Origin: Prochlorococcus sp. AG-355-I20
GTDB lineage: Bacteria > Cyanobacteriota > Cyanobacteriia > PCC-6307 > Cyanobiaceae
Assembly: GCA_003280895.1 (NCBI GenBank)
Contig: QCDM01000005.1
Coordinates: 1,296 to 65,295 of the forward strand
DNA: 64,000 nt
Reading direction: 5' to 3'
Numbering within the stretch: the stretch's first letter is position 1; each line of letters begins with the position of its first letter. Below, in pieces: positions 10,253-21,002 of this stretch. The notes below the pieces were generated by a model. The model was not told the DNA's origin and did no database searches. It saw nothing but the letters and a program-made list of their open reading frames with translations. Both the position numbers and the translations under genes were made by a program.

Positions 10253-11488
10253 TTATTGATTGATTAACTTTGAGACTGCCATCCCAGCGATCCATCCACT
10301 TGTCCAACAATGTTGAAAATTAAATCCACCAGTGATCCCATCAACATCCAAAACTTCTCCAGAAAAAAATAACCCTGGACAAATTAAGCTTTCCATACTT
10401 TTAAAATTAACCTCATTAATTTTTACGCCTCCGGAAGTAACAAATTCCTCTCCAAATGGACCTTTGCCCGAAATTATATATTTATCCCTCATTAGAGTAT
10501 TTATTATTTTCTCTCTTTCAACCGCCAGTAAATCAGCCCACTTTTTCTCTTTATCAATACCTATTTTCTTTAATAAAAAAATCCATAATCTTTTTGTTAA
10601 TAGTGGAACAGGTCTACTATTAATAAGATTCACCTTGCCTTTGTTTAATCTTAAGTAATTAATTTTTTCTTTTAACTCCTCATAAGTTAAAGAAGACCAT
10701 TTAATGATTAAATTAAATTTATATTTTTGGCTATAAAGTTCCCTTGCTGCAATTGATGAAAGTTTTAATACTGCTGGCCCACTAAACCCCCAATGCGTTA
10801 TTAGTAAATCGCCTCTATTTTGAAAATTCTTATTGTTTAAATTAATTTCTATATCAATGCCCCTTATCGATACCCCACTACATTCATCCAAATTTGTTTC
10901 TTTTGTGGAAAAAGTAAAAAGCGATGGTACGGGTTTAACAATGGTGTGTCCAAGATTTTGAGCTAATTTATATCCGCTTGGATTACCTCCAGTTGAAAGA
11001 ATAATATTTTTTGCAGTTACCTTTGCTTTTTTAAGACTAAAAATATTGAATTTATTATCTGGAGTTTTTGCAATTTCTTTTACAAAAAATTTTGTTATTA
11101 TCTCTACGTTTTTTGATAAAGCACTTTTTCTCAAACAATCAATAACATCTGAAGAAGAATTAGAAACTGGGAATACTCTTAGATCTTCCTCAATTTTTAG
11201 TTTTAAACCTTTTTTCTCAAACCAATCGTATACATCTCCAGCAGCAAAACGATTAAATGATTCCAAGAGCTGAATTCCACCTCTGGGGTAATTCTCAATT
11301 AGTTCATTCGGTATCCATGTCGCATTAGTGACATTACATCTTCCCCCTCCACTAATCCTTACTTTCTCCATAAGTTTTGAAGTTCCTTCAAGAATTATTA
11401 TTCTTTTTACTCCATTTTCAGCAGCAGTTATTGCTGTCATAAAACCGGCTGCACCGCCTCCAACAACTGCTAAATCAAAAGGTTCCAA
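10253..11488 (-). CDS. HI0933/BaiN-family flavoprotein
   Basis: GGGAAG, 'KVRISGGGRCNVTN', 'THWGFSGP', 'GEVLDVDGITGGFNFQ'. Confidence 0.92.
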   Translation of the reverse strand: MEPFDLAVVGGGAAGFMTAITAAENGVKRIIILEGTSKLMEKVRISGGGRCNVTNATWIPNELIENYPRGGIQLLESFNRFAAGDVYDWFEKKGLKLKIEEDLRVFPVSNSSSDVIDCLRKSALSKNVEIITKFFVKEIAKTPDNKFNIFSLKKAKVTAKNIILSTGGNPSGYKLAQNLGHTIVKPVPSLFTFSTKETNLDECSGVSIRGIDIEINLNNKNFQNRGDLLITHWGFSGPAVLKLSSIAARELYSQKYKFNLIIKWSSLTYEELKEKINYLRLNKGKVNLINSRPVPLLTKRLWIFLLKKIGIDKEKKWADLLAVEREKIINTLMRDKYIISGKGPFGEEFVTSGGVKINEVNFKSMESLICPGLFFSGEVLDVDGITGGFNFQHCWTSGWIAGMAVSKLINQ

Positions 11489-11673
11489 AAACTTATTATT
11501 TAATATGCTTCAATCTGATAATAGCAAGTAGTTATAAAGAAAAATTAGTCCAAAAACCACAAAAAAATAAATATAAAACTTTAAAACTACATAATAAATA
11601 GTTACGATTTGCTAATTTTTAAATTTCTAGAAAAATCAACACAGTCGTTATTTTTATGCTTTAAGTTAATTAA

Positions 11674-11910
11674 ATGAGTTTGTTATTTTCTTACGTTAAA
11701 TATTCTGAGGCCAGTTTTCCTATGACTGGTCAATATACTGCTCTTCTTTTAATAACTTCTGTTATTTGGGTTCTACTTTGGTTTGGATATAGACAAAATA
11801 AGATAAATGATGAGATCAAGAAAAAAGAAAAAGAAGAAAGAATTAATGCGAAAGTTCAAAGAAGAAAGAAGTTAGAGAGTTTGTACCCTACTAATAAAAA
11901 AATTATTTAA
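11674..11910 (+). CDS. Small single-TM protein (start probably ATG 11722)
   Basis: TM helix plus basic tail ending 'LESLYP'. Confidence 0.55.
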   Translation: MSLLFSYVKYSEASFPMTGQYTALLLITSVIWVLLWFGYRQNKINDEIKKKEKEERINAKVQRRKKLESLYPTNKKII

Positions 11911-12048
11911 AATAAACTATTTTAGAAACATGAAAAAAAATAATTTCAAATCACTAATTCAGTACTTACCGGGGATTTTGATTCTTATCTATGTATTCTT
12001 TTTAGCATTTACTCAATTTATAAAATAAAATTTTAAAAATTAATCGTT

Positions 12049-12921
12049 TTGATTGGAATCCTTTCTGCTTTTGGAGCTGCTACATCTTGGACATATGCGT
12101 GCTTTATTTGGCGCTCGCAAACTCAAAAATATAAATCAATAGATATTAATTTAATAAAAAATATAATAGCTTTTTTAATTTTTATACCTGCTTTTATCAA
12201 TCTAAGGTCTACTACTGAATTAAAAAACATATTTATCCTACTAATTAGTGGAATAGTAGGTATTGGTTTAGGTGATACTTTCTATTTAAAGTCACTACAA
12301 ACAATTGGCACAAGAAAAACTTTATCAATAGAAACTCTTTCTCCGTTAATGGCAGCTTTATCAGGGGAATTTTTTATTAATGAAAATTTAACCACTAAAT
12401 CATGGGTTGGAGTAATTACAGTAACGATTTCGCTATTCATAATTCTCAGAAAAGGTAGCGATTTTAAAGAGGCAAACTCCTCTTTCTCAGAAAAAAATAA
12501 CTTTAAGATTTTTGCTTTTCCTTTTTTATCAGTTTTATGTGCTGTTATTGGAGGTCTTTTATCAAGGATGGTTTTCCTTAAAAGCAATTTATCTCCATTC
12601 CTTACAACTGAAATAAGATTATTAGGTGCAATAATTTTTTTAATTAGTCTAAAAGGATTTAAGATTAATTTTTTCTTAAAAAACATAGACAAAAAACAAC
12701 AAAAAAGATTTTTCATTTCAATACTTCTTGGAACAAATGTAGGAATATTTCTACAACAAGTTGTGTTTAAAACCCTTCCCATAGGAGTAGGATGGGCTTT
12801 ATTAAGCATATCTCCAGTAATTTCCTTATTTTTTGCTAAGACTGAGGAAAGAGAAATTACCAAAACAATAATATTTTTTACTTGTTTTTTATTTTTTGGC
12901 TTGACATTAATAATTCTTTAA
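12049..12921 (+). CDS. DMT/EamA family transporter
   Basis: About 10 TM helices; 'SGIVGIGLGDTFY..SL..IG'. Confidence 0.85.
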   Translation: MIGILSAFGAATSWTYACFIWRSQTQKYKSIDINLIKNIIAFLIFIPAFINLRSTTELKNIFILLISGIVGIGLGDTFYLKSLQTIGTRKTLSIETLSPLMAALSGEFFINENLTTKSWVGVITVTISLFIILRKGSDFKEANSSFSEKNNFKIFAFPFLSVLCAVIGGLLSRMVFLKSNLSPFLTTEIRLLGAIIFLISLKGFKINFFLKNIDKKQQKRFFISILLGTNVGIFLQQVVFKTLPIGVGWALLSISPVISLFFAKTEEREITKTIIFFTCFLFFGLTLIIL

Positions 12922-13116
12922 TCTGTAAGTTATGTAAAAAATACTCATGTTAATAAAAATCAAATTAAATAAAATTACCCTATAAACACTCAAAAAAATG
13001 AAAACATTAAAGAAAAAAAGACTCGGCACATTGGAAGTTTATGTTATTTTTTTAAGCTGCATTTATGCAGGCTTTATAGGTTATAAATCTCTATTAAATG
13101 TTTTATTTACTTGAAA

Positions 13117-13251
13117 TTAATTAATTCTTTCTAATGATTTAATCAACTTACCTCCATCTTGGTCATCATCATCATTTGAAGCGAAAAATAAAAAAAATAT
13201 TCCTAAAGAAGCTATAGATAGCGAAATTGACAATACAGAAAGCTCATCCAT
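13117..13251 (-). CDS. 44-aa TM plus acidic-tail microprotein (not in ORF track)
   Basis: MDELSVLSISLSIASLGIFFLFFASNDDDDQDGGKLIKSLERIN; same DDQDGGxLI motif as 14388-14570. Confidence 0.6.
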   Translation of the reverse strand: MDELSVLSISLSIASLGIFFLFFASNDDDDQDGGKLIKSLERIN

Positions 13252-13370
13252 AAATTAGAAATTTTTTTTATGATAAACGAAAAAAATTAAAAGACAGTAA
13301 AGAAATACACATTCTCGAAAATAAATATTTCTTTTATTTGTAAAATGAAAAAACACATCCGAACTATCTC

Positions 13371-13646
13371 GTGAAAGTTTTAATAACTTCCCCCTGTAGT
13401 GCAAGCGTAATAATTCAGTATGGAATAAAAAGTTGGCCTATTTGGGAATGTGAGCCAAGCAAATTTCAATGGAATTACGATGATAAGGAAATTTGCTTAA
13501 TTATTGAAGGTCAAGCGAAAATAAGTACCCAAAACGGTGACATTTACCTGATTAAAGCTGGAGATCTAGTTGAGTTTCCTGCCGGACTTAACTGCGAATG
13601 GGAAGTAACCAAAAGTATTAAAAAACATTATCGATTGGGTAGCTAA
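13371..13646 (+). CDS. Cupin (DUF861) protein
   Basis: 'WPIWECEPSKF.W.Y...E.C.IIEG...GDLV.FP.G..C.W.V....KHY'. Confidence 0.85.
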   Translation: MKVLITSPCSASVIIQYGIKSWPIWECEPSKFQWNYDDKEICLIIEGQAKISTQNGDIYLIKAGDLVEFPAGLNCEWEVTKSIKKHYRLGS

Positions 13647-13736
13647 ATTTAAAAAAAAGATTTTTTCTTCTTTACTGTTAAGTCAATGTAGATAAAATAT
13701 GGATAATAAATAATTTTCAAGAAAGAAACTAATATT

Positions 13737-13907
13737 ATGCCTTTTACTGATCAAGAATATTTTGAGGTTATTGAAAAAAACGAAATAGTAAAAAAGGCCT
13801 TTGAAAATATTAAGCAAATTTGCATTGATTTACAAAAACAAACAAATTGTCCTGAAGAAGATCTAAAAGATTTTCTTAAATTTATTTCTAAACAATGGAA
13901 TGAGTAA
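13737..13907 (+). CDS. 56-aa hypothetical microprotein
   Basis: Manual translation MPFTDQEYFEVIEKNEIVKKAFENIKQICIDLQKQTNCPEEDLKDFLKFISKQWNE. Confidence 0.55.
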   Translation: MPFTDQEYFEVIEKNEIVKKAFENIKQICIDLQKQTNCPEEDLKDFLKFISKQWNE

Positions 13908-14387
13908 TAATTAAAAAGCCTTTTAAATACTAAATTTAAAATTTCAATTTAGTTTTCTGAGACAATAATTTCTAATCTAATTCCTTTTTTGGTTTTGTAT
14001 TGATACTGGAAGTTCCCTTAGCAGAAGAAACGAAGAAAAAGAAGCCTACAATTCCTGATATACCAAATATCGCAGCCAAAGGATCAAAAGTGAAAGAAAA
14101 CATAGAATTTAGAAAATTAAGATAAATAATAGTTTTTGAATCAAAATTGTACAATTATTGTTAAGTATAAAAAATGACAATCGCGCGATTCATTATGTCA
14201 TTATTAGTTTCTCAGTAGGTTCAAAGAAATTATTATTCAAATTGATTTTAAGAATAAAAATATCAATACATACCAAAGATCTATGCGTGCTAAAGAGAAA
14301 AGTTTTTAAAAAATATTTATAGAAATATCAAATAAAACACTACCCAGAGGATCCACAATTGTTGTTTCTTTAGATTAATATCAATAA

Positions 14388-14570
14388 ATGACAGAATTTT
14401 ACTCAGCTTCTTCCTCAGTAGGTCCCCTTACAGCGGTATTATGGTGTCTTTATCCAGTAGCTGTACTTGTAATTATTGAATTACTTCTGGGGGGTGGGTT
14501 TGATGATGACAATAATGACGACCAAGATGGTGGAATGCTAATACCTGCTTACTCTAGATCAGACGTTTGA
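14388..14570 (+). CDS. TM plus acidic-tail microprotein
   Basis: TM segment followed by DDDNNDDQDGGMLIP. Confidence 0.65.
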   Translation: MTEFYSASSSVGPLTAVLWCLYPVAVLVIIELLLGGGFDDDNNDDQDGGMLIPAYSRSDV

Positions 14571-15160
14571 ATTAAAGACTCATAAGGATTTAATTAAATT
14601 GGAAAACAATATTGATACAACTCATATTTCTCTAATTACTCTTACCCTCCTTATGATTTCCTCTCTAACTTGGCTTGTCTTAAGAACCCTTAAGGAAGGT
14701 GGAAAAGCTTTAAAAGAAATAAATAAGAATAGATCGTGAAATACAATAAACTTTCAAAAATTTAGAATTTGATTAGATTTATATAACTCTTAGATTTATA
14801 AGTTTTACTAACTTAATAGATATATTCCAAAAATTTAAAAACTTTTCCTTCTCAAAGTTTGGGAAAAGCATAAAAAACTTAAATAAATATTAGAATTTGT
14901 TTGATTGACAAGTCAAAAATTTACCAATCTGTTGAAATCCCATTTTTTGAAAGGACTTCTTTGTTATTACTTTAATAAAAAAAAATGCATCTAAATTCTT
15001 TACTTTATATTTGTTCTATATCTTTATTCATTTATATAATGGCGCTTTTTTGGAGAGACTTGCCAAATCAAAAAAAGTAAATAAATAATTAATATTAATT
15101 TTGTTGCTTATAAAAATAAATTGAGTTATTAATTTAATATTGGATTAAATTTTTATATAA

Positions 15161-15325
15161 ATGCTGAAAGAATCTTCAAACAACAATAACAAAAACATAT
15201 TCTCAAAAACTAACGGTATTGCAAAAGAAAAGATGATTTGCAAAGACGGATTCTGTTCATTACCAAATCAAGATGAGATTTTAAAACAAAACTCAAATGA
15301 TATGAATTTATTTGATCCTATTTAG
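15161..15325 (+). CDS. 54-aa microprotein with CKDGFC motif
   Basis: Manual translation MLKESS...MICKDGFCSLP...NLFDPI. Confidence 0.5.
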   Translation: MLKESSNNNNKNIFSKTNGIAKEKMICKDGFCSLPNQDEILKQNSNDMNLFDPI

Positions 15326-15392
15326 TAAATAAATAATATTTTGATAAATTAGAGATTAAATTATTAATATTGGATTCCTTGAATTTTAATTT

Positions 15393-15728
15393 ATGTTTAA
15401 TGACTTTTTAAACGCATATAAAGAGTTTTGGATTAAAGCTACAGACTTCAAAGGATTCACATCTCGATCGGACTGGTGGTTAGTTCAACTAGCGAATCTT
15501 ATAATTTCTTTCCTAACTATCCCAATATTTTTAAAAACTTTTGGTTTCAATGTTTATGGCATAGTTTGTATCATTCCTCAAATAGCTATTGATGTAAGGA
15601 GAATCAAAGATTTTGGAAAAGATTGGAAATGGATCTTTATTAATTTAATACCTATCCTAGGATGGATCTTGTGGTTCATCTGGCTAGGCTTTGGTAAGGC
15701 TGGTAATGGGAAAAATAAACTTGTATAG
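15393..15728 (+). CDS. DUF805 family membrane protein
   Basis: 'DFKG..SRSDWW...VRR..D.GK.W.W.FI.LIP..G'. Confidence 0.85.
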   Translation: MFNDFLNAYKEFWIKATDFKGFTSRSDWWLVQLANLIISFLTIPIFLKTFGFNVYGIVCIIPQIAIDVRRIKDFGKDWKWIFINLIPILGWILWFIWLGFGKAGNGKNKLV

Positions 15729-15739
15729 AAATTAACTCC

Positions 15740-16057
15740 TCAATTTTTTCTTTTTTTAAAATCTACAAATCTTACCTTTTTTCTTAACTCTATTTGTGTT
15801 TCAAGAATTCTAAACACATGCATCTCGCATTCGGTTAATTTAAGAAACTGATCGAGTGTATCTTTATCTTCTTCATCAAAATTCTCGAAAACTTCTGAAA
15901 TAGCAGTACTATTTCTAGAAATAAAATCCTCTGCTACATCGCGTGGATTCTTGCCTGATTCGAAATCCTGAAAAGCTTCATAAGAATTAAGTTCTCTCGT
16001 TAACCATTTAAACCATGGTTCATTTTTATTATTTTTTTTATTTATGATTTTCTTCAT
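15740..16057 (-). CDS. Hypothetical protein, paralog of 5028-5294
   Basis: Shared motif pattern with 5028-5294. Confidence 0.65.
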   Translation of the reverse strand: MKKIINKKNNKNEPWFKWLTRELNSYEAFQDFESGKNPRDVAEDFISRNSTAISEVFENFDEEDKDTLDQFLKLTECEMHVFRILETQIELRKKVRFVDFKKRKN

Positions 16058-16263
16058 AAAAAAATTTTTACTAGTTTAATCATTATTAGTTATTTATTCT
16101 TTGACAGCTGTACAAATACTTATTTTAAAAAACCAATTAAAGATTAAACTTATTTTTTTTACAAAATAACTAACATAATTACCATAAAGCTTTTTTAAGA
16201 ATAAGTATTTATTACTCATTTTTTATTTATGAGATAGCTAAAATTTATTTTTAGTAAAGTACA

Positions 16264-16482
16264 TTGTCAATTCCATTTTACAACTTTCCTTCATCTCCAA
16301 TTTTAATAATTGGTGCTCTTGGCATTGCAGTAGCGATAGCAGTTTTTTTTGTCTCTTACCAAAAATATTTCAATTCTCCTTTGAACAAAGAGCTTGCAGA
16401 AAAGAAAAAAGCCTTAATTAAGGAACAAAAAGAATTAAATGAAAGATTAGAAAAAATAGAACAAGATTTAAAAAATTTATAA
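16264..16482 (+). CDS. Small TM plus coiled-coil protein
   Basis: Hydrophobic helix then 'KYFNSPLN' and a charged helix. Confidence 0.55.
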   Translation: MSIPFYNFPSSPILIIGALGIAVAIAVFFVSYQKYFNSPLNKELAEKKKALIKEQKELNERLEKIEQDLKNL

Positions 16483-16568
16483 AAAATTACTTTTAAATAA
16501 AGATGAGTTAATGATCTCGAATTCAAGACCTTATTTTTTTTAACGGGAATTTTGGTCTATAAGGAGAT

Positions 16569-16724
16569 ATGGATAAAGATCATCTTATTGAGTTAATTTC
16601 TAATAGTCTTGTTTACGAGAGTAAAAATTCTGATTCTAATAGGAATATTAGTGACTTTAAAAATTACTTAGGAAGATTAAATCTAGATCAATTAAGAACT
16701 ATGTCTAAAGAATTTATTCTTTAG
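16569..16724 (+). CDS. 51-aa hypothetical microprotein
   Basis: AAGGAG just upstream; MDKDHLIELISNSL...MSKEFIL. Confidence 0.5.
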   Translation: MDKDHLIELISNSLVYESKNSDSNRNISDFKNYLGRLNLDQLRTMSKEFIL

Positions 16725-16805
16725 TATGATTTTAAAATATTTTTTTGTTTATTAAATAATCAATACTTTTTAAAAATTGTTAGCATCAAAAAAAATAAGA
16801 TAAAT

Positions 16806-17912
16806 ATGCTTAAAGTAAATAGAGGTGATTTTTTAATAAAACCATTTTTAAAAAGAAATAATATTAGAGCTTCTTATCAAATTATTTCTACCATCTTCCC
16901 AATCTTTTCTATTTGGTTAATCGTCTACCAAATAATAAATCAACCTTTTTCATTATTGATTAAAGGATTTCTATTAATACCTTTTTTAGTTCTTCTAACT
17001 CTATTCTCTTCTCGAACGTTCTCATTAATGCATGATTGCGGTCATAATTCTCTTTTTACAAAACGGAAATTAAACCGCTTTTTTGGATTTTTACTTGGAT
17101 TGGTTAATGGTATTCCCCAGAAGTCATGGTCAATTGATCATGCATTTCATCATAGAAATAATGGAAATTGGGAAATTTACAAAGGTCCTATAGATGTTTT
17201 AAGTCTTGAAGATTATGAATCTCTTACAAAAACAGAGCAAATATTTTATAAAGTAAGTCGAAACTGGATGATGCTTTTTCCTGGCGGTTTTTTTTACTTA
17301 GTTTTAAAACCTAGATTAGGACTTGTCATTATTATTTTTAATTTCATTAAAGATATATTGGAAGAGACTTCTATCAAAATAAAAAAAAGAGAAATTTCTC
17401 AACTTTTAGCTATTAATTCAAGAGTCAAACCACCTTTTTCTGATTATGGAAATAATTTTAGTGAACTATGTGAATTAATAATTAATAACATAGTTGTGAT
17501 AATAGGGTGGATTTTTATGTGTAAATGGTTTGGGTTAGTTTTTTTCTTATCATTTTATTCCATTTTATTAACCTTATCAGCAGCAATTTTAATATGTGTT
17601 TTTTTCGTACAACATAACTATGAGAATGCATATGCTAAAAATACAAAGAATTGGGATCTCATAGATGGGGCTATTTTAGGTAGTAGCAATTTAGATATAC
17701 CTAACTGGCTAAATTGGTTTTTAGCGGACATATCATTCCACAGCGTTCATCATCTCTCTGAGAGAATACCAAATTACAACTTAAGAGCTTGTCATAAAGC
17801 AAACATTCATTTGCTCCAACAATCAAAGTTCTTAAAATTAAGAGATTTTTCAAACTGCTTCAAATATATTATTTGGGATAATAAAAATGAAAAATTAATT
17901 CCAATAAGTTAA
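16806..17912 (+). CDS. Membrane fatty acid desaturase
   Basis: His boxes HDCGH, HAFHH, HSVHH. Confidence 0.9.
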   Translation: MLKVNRGDFLIKPFLKRNNIRASYQIISTIFPIFSIWLIVYQIINQPFSLLIKGFLLIPFLVLLTLFSSRTFSLMHDCGHNSLFTKRKLNRFFGFLLGLVNGIPQKSWSIDHAFHHRNNGNWEIYKGPIDVLSLEDYESLTKTEQIFYKVSRNWMMLFPGGFFYLVLKPRLGLVIIIFNFIKDILEETSIKIKKREISQLLAINSRVKPPFSDYGNNFSELCELIINNIVVIIGWIFMCKWFGLVFFLSFYSILLTLSAAILICVFFVQHNYENAYAKNTKNWDLIDGAILGSSNLDIPNWLNWFLADISFHSVHHLSERIPNYNLRACHKANIHLLQQSKFLKLRDFSNCFKYIIWDNKNEKLIPIS

Positions 17913-18357
17913 TACCTAATTCAACCTTCTTCTCAATTTTCTTTTTATGGGAATACTGCTATATGCATGAGCACCAATGGATGGAGGTAAGTCATTTTTT
18001 AAAGGATGCATAAATGCATTTGCCATACTCTCTAACATTTTCGAAAGCCAATTAATTAATGATTTCATTTGAAAATCTAAAAGTGTACTTTTTTATCTTC
18101 TAACTAAATTACTTAAAAGTAAATCAGTCTTTATGCTGATTTTTTTGGAGGATTAACTTATAAAATTAATATTAAAAAATCAAAAGTGTTTTTTTATTTT
18201 ATCTTTTAAAAGAACAATAGTACTTACTTTTTAAAGATAAACTAAGTGAAATACAGCTTTAGTAAATAATACTTATTTTTTCTAATTCACTTAATAAATT
18301 AAATAATTGAACATAAATTCGTGCTATATCTCTATTCCAAATAAATTAGACAATGTT

Positions 18358-18516
18358 ATGAATGATTCATTTGTTTCTACCAGCCAGAACACAGAAATAG
18401 ATTCTATTAATTCATATTTTGAGTGTATTACTGAATGCAGTATTGTGGATGGTCATCAAGAATGTATTACTCGTTGTTTAGAAGTTCATTTAAAGGGGGG
18501 TGAGCAAAATGAATAA
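18358..18516 (+). CDS. Twin-Cx3C microprotein
   Basis: ATG 18358; YFECITEC...ECITRC. Confidence 0.65.
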   Translation: MNDSFVSTSQNTEIDSINSYFECITECSIVDGHQECITRCLEVHLKGGEQNE

Positions 18517-18661
18517 AAAAAATTCACCTCAAAGGAAAACAACTTTAAAATGGAACTCGAATGGAGAGCTTTCCGAAATTGATATGTTAAGAATTTTAGA
18601 AAAGATATCATCACATGATCTTAATCAATGTGAATTAACATGCGATTCTGATGCAAATTAA
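18509..18661 (+). CDS. 50-aa microprotein overlapping the upstream gene
   Basis: MNKKNSPQRKTTLKWNSNGELSEIDMLRILEKISSHDLNQCELTCDSDAN; G-rich SD-like run upstream. Confidence 0.6.
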   Translation: MNKKNSPQRKTTLKWNSNGELSEIDMLRILEKISSHDLNQCELTCDSDAN

Positions 18662-19504
18662 GATATTTTCCTCAATATATTTACCAATGCTGCTGATAAA
18701 AAAGCAGCTTATGAGATATTTGTAAGAGATCAATTTTATTGACAAGATTTCAATTAAGATTTAAAACATTTTCAAAATATCATAGGTTTTATTTTAAAAA
18801 ATTAATTTTTAGAACTACTAGCTTTTTTTAAGTATGTTTTACTAATTTCTTTTTTTGTTAGTTGAATCGGTTTTACTAAACCTGAATCACCATGGGTTGG
18901 ACAATAATAAGTCATAAGCATCCACTTTTTTTCCTCATCCATAAGAAATTTTAAAAATAATGTTTATCTTAATAAGACGGATTATGAAAAAACTTATGTT
19001 TTTTAATCTTTTTTTCTTTTTTACTTAATAATTTATTAAAATTTTGAATCTCTTCTCACTAATTAGATATAAATACGCATGACTTTTAATAAAAATCCTG
19101 CTATTTATTAATAAATTCAAAACTATTCATGTCTCTAGAATCTATATTGATGGTAGTTGCTCCAATCTGTCTTTTTACCGCAGGAGTCATTGTTATGCCT
19201 ATTCTTGTAAAGCCACGTAAACAATCTGGTTTGCCTAAGAGGTACATACGCGGTCTTTAAATCAATTAAGTTTTAAAGAAGATCAAAGACAATCAGTATT
19301 TAAAAGAATTAACTAAATAAATAAAAAGATTGGGATAAAGAGTAAATCAAAAATGTTCAGCACAAATAATTTTATTTGTAGATTAAATTAAAATCGTAAA
19401 ACTTTATCGAAAAAATTATAAATTCTTTTCATAGTGAGATCCTTTGATGGATAATAGAATATATACGTTAACTTTTATTTAACAAAATTCTTAACCAAAA
19501 AAAT

Positions 19505-20671
19505 TTGAGTAATATAAATCTTTCAGGTCTTAAAGGCCAAGCGCTTGTAATAGAGGATAAAGATATCCCAAGCATAAAAGAATTTCAGGATGTTATCCCA
19601 GATCACTACTTTAAGTGCGATACCAAAACTTCTTTGAAGTATCTTTTACAATCTGCTTTAATTCAATCATTAGTAGTAGCGATAGGGTTATCTATTCCAT
19701 TTACCCCAAAAATGATCCCAATTTGGATTATTTACGCATTATTATCAGGAACCACTGCAATGGGATTCTGGGTAATTGCCCATGAATGTGGGCATGGAGC
19801 ATTCTCTAAAAATAAAACATTGGAATCTATAACTGGTTATTTAATACATTCAATACTTCTAGTGCCTTATTTTTCTTGGCAGCGTTCTCATGCAGTTCAT
19901 CATCGATTCACAAATAACATTACCAATGGAGAAACTCACGTCCCTTTAGTCATTAAAGGGAATGGAGTTACAGAAAAAGTTGGAGGAGAAGAAGAATTAC
20001 ATTTTTCAAATTCTTTAGGTAAGAAAAATTATGGAATTCTTCAACTTGTTTTACATCTAATATTTGGCTGGCCTGCTTATTTACTTACAGGAAGTACAGG
20101 AGGAGTTAAGTATGGTGCTTCAAATCATTTTTGGCCAACAAAACCATTTTCTAAAGCATTATGGCCATCAATATGGGCCAAGAAAGTTTGGATATCAGAT
20201 ATTGGCGTAGGTTTAACATTTGTTGGCATTGTTTATTTAATTTTCAAGTATGGATTATTTCCAGTAATTGCTCTATATTTTGGCCCTTTATTGGTAGTTA
20301 ATTGTTGGCTAGTAGTTTATACATGGCTTCATCATACAGATTCAGATGTACCCCATCTTTCAAATACGAACTTTTCCTTTATGAAAGGCGCATTTCTATC
20401 CATTGACAGGCCTTACGGTAGAGTCCTTAATTTTCTTCACCATAATATAGGTTCTAGCCATGTCGTTCATCATGTATGTCCAACGATCCCTCATTATCAT
20501 GCAAAAAAGGCAACTGTCTTAATTAAAAAAACCTTTAAAAAAGCATATCTTTTTAATCCTGATCCAATACACAAAGCTCTATGGAATATTGCTTGCAATT
20601 GCGTTGCTGTTGAGCCAGACATAAAGAGAGGAAGATATATATGGCAATCTTCATACAAAATAATGGATTAA
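19505..20671 (+). CDS. Delta-12/omega-6-type (FAD2-like) fatty acid desaturase
   Basis: HECGH, HAVHH, HVVHH boxes; 'LLVPYFSWQRSH', 'IPHYHA'. Confidence 0.9.
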   Translation: MSNINLSGLKGQALVIEDKDIPSIKEFQDVIPDHYFKCDTKTSLKYLLQSALIQSLVVAIGLSIPFTPKMIPIWIIYALLSGTTAMGFWVIAHECGHGAFSKNKTLESITGYLIHSILLVPYFSWQRSHAVHHRFTNNITNGETHVPLVIKGNGVTEKVGGEEELHFSNSLGKKNYGILQLVLHLIFGWPAYLLTGSTGGVKYGASNHFWPTKPFSKALWPSIWAKKVWISDIGVGLTFVGIVYLIFKYGLFPVIALYFGPLLVVNCWLVVYTWLHHTDSDVPHLSNTNFSFMKGAFLSIDRPYGRVLNFLHHNIGSSHVVHHVCPTIPHYHAKKATVLIKKTFKKAYLFNPDPIHKALWNIACNCVAVEPDIKRGRYIWQSSYKIMD

Positions 20672-20789
20672 AAACACAATAAGCCTCAATTCTTTATCAC
20701 ATTAATTTACGCAAATCTGAAGAGAATATAAAAGAATTAGAAATAATAAATTTTTCATATTAGAAATTACTCACAAACTTAATAATTCT

Positions 20790-20951
20790 ATGAGTGGCGA
20801 CAATTTGCATGGTAAGCAGCCTATTAAATTTTATTCAGAAAAAATAACACTTACAAAAGTTGAATTACTAGAAAGACATTTAAGTTTAGGCGAGAAAATT
20901 TCAGATTTAGATCAAAAGCATAAAGAATGGAGTAAAAAACTATCAGGTTGA
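20790..20951 (+). CDS. 53-aa hypothetical microprotein
   Basis: MSGDNLHGKQPIKFYSEKITLTK...EWSKKLSG. Confidence 0.45.
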   Translation: MSGDNLHGKQPIKFYSEKITLTKVELLERHLSLGEKISDLDQKHKEWSKKLSG

Positions 20952-21002
20952 TCATCTAAAGAGATGAACTTTTTTAACTTATTGATATTTTTATTTGCCT
21001 TA

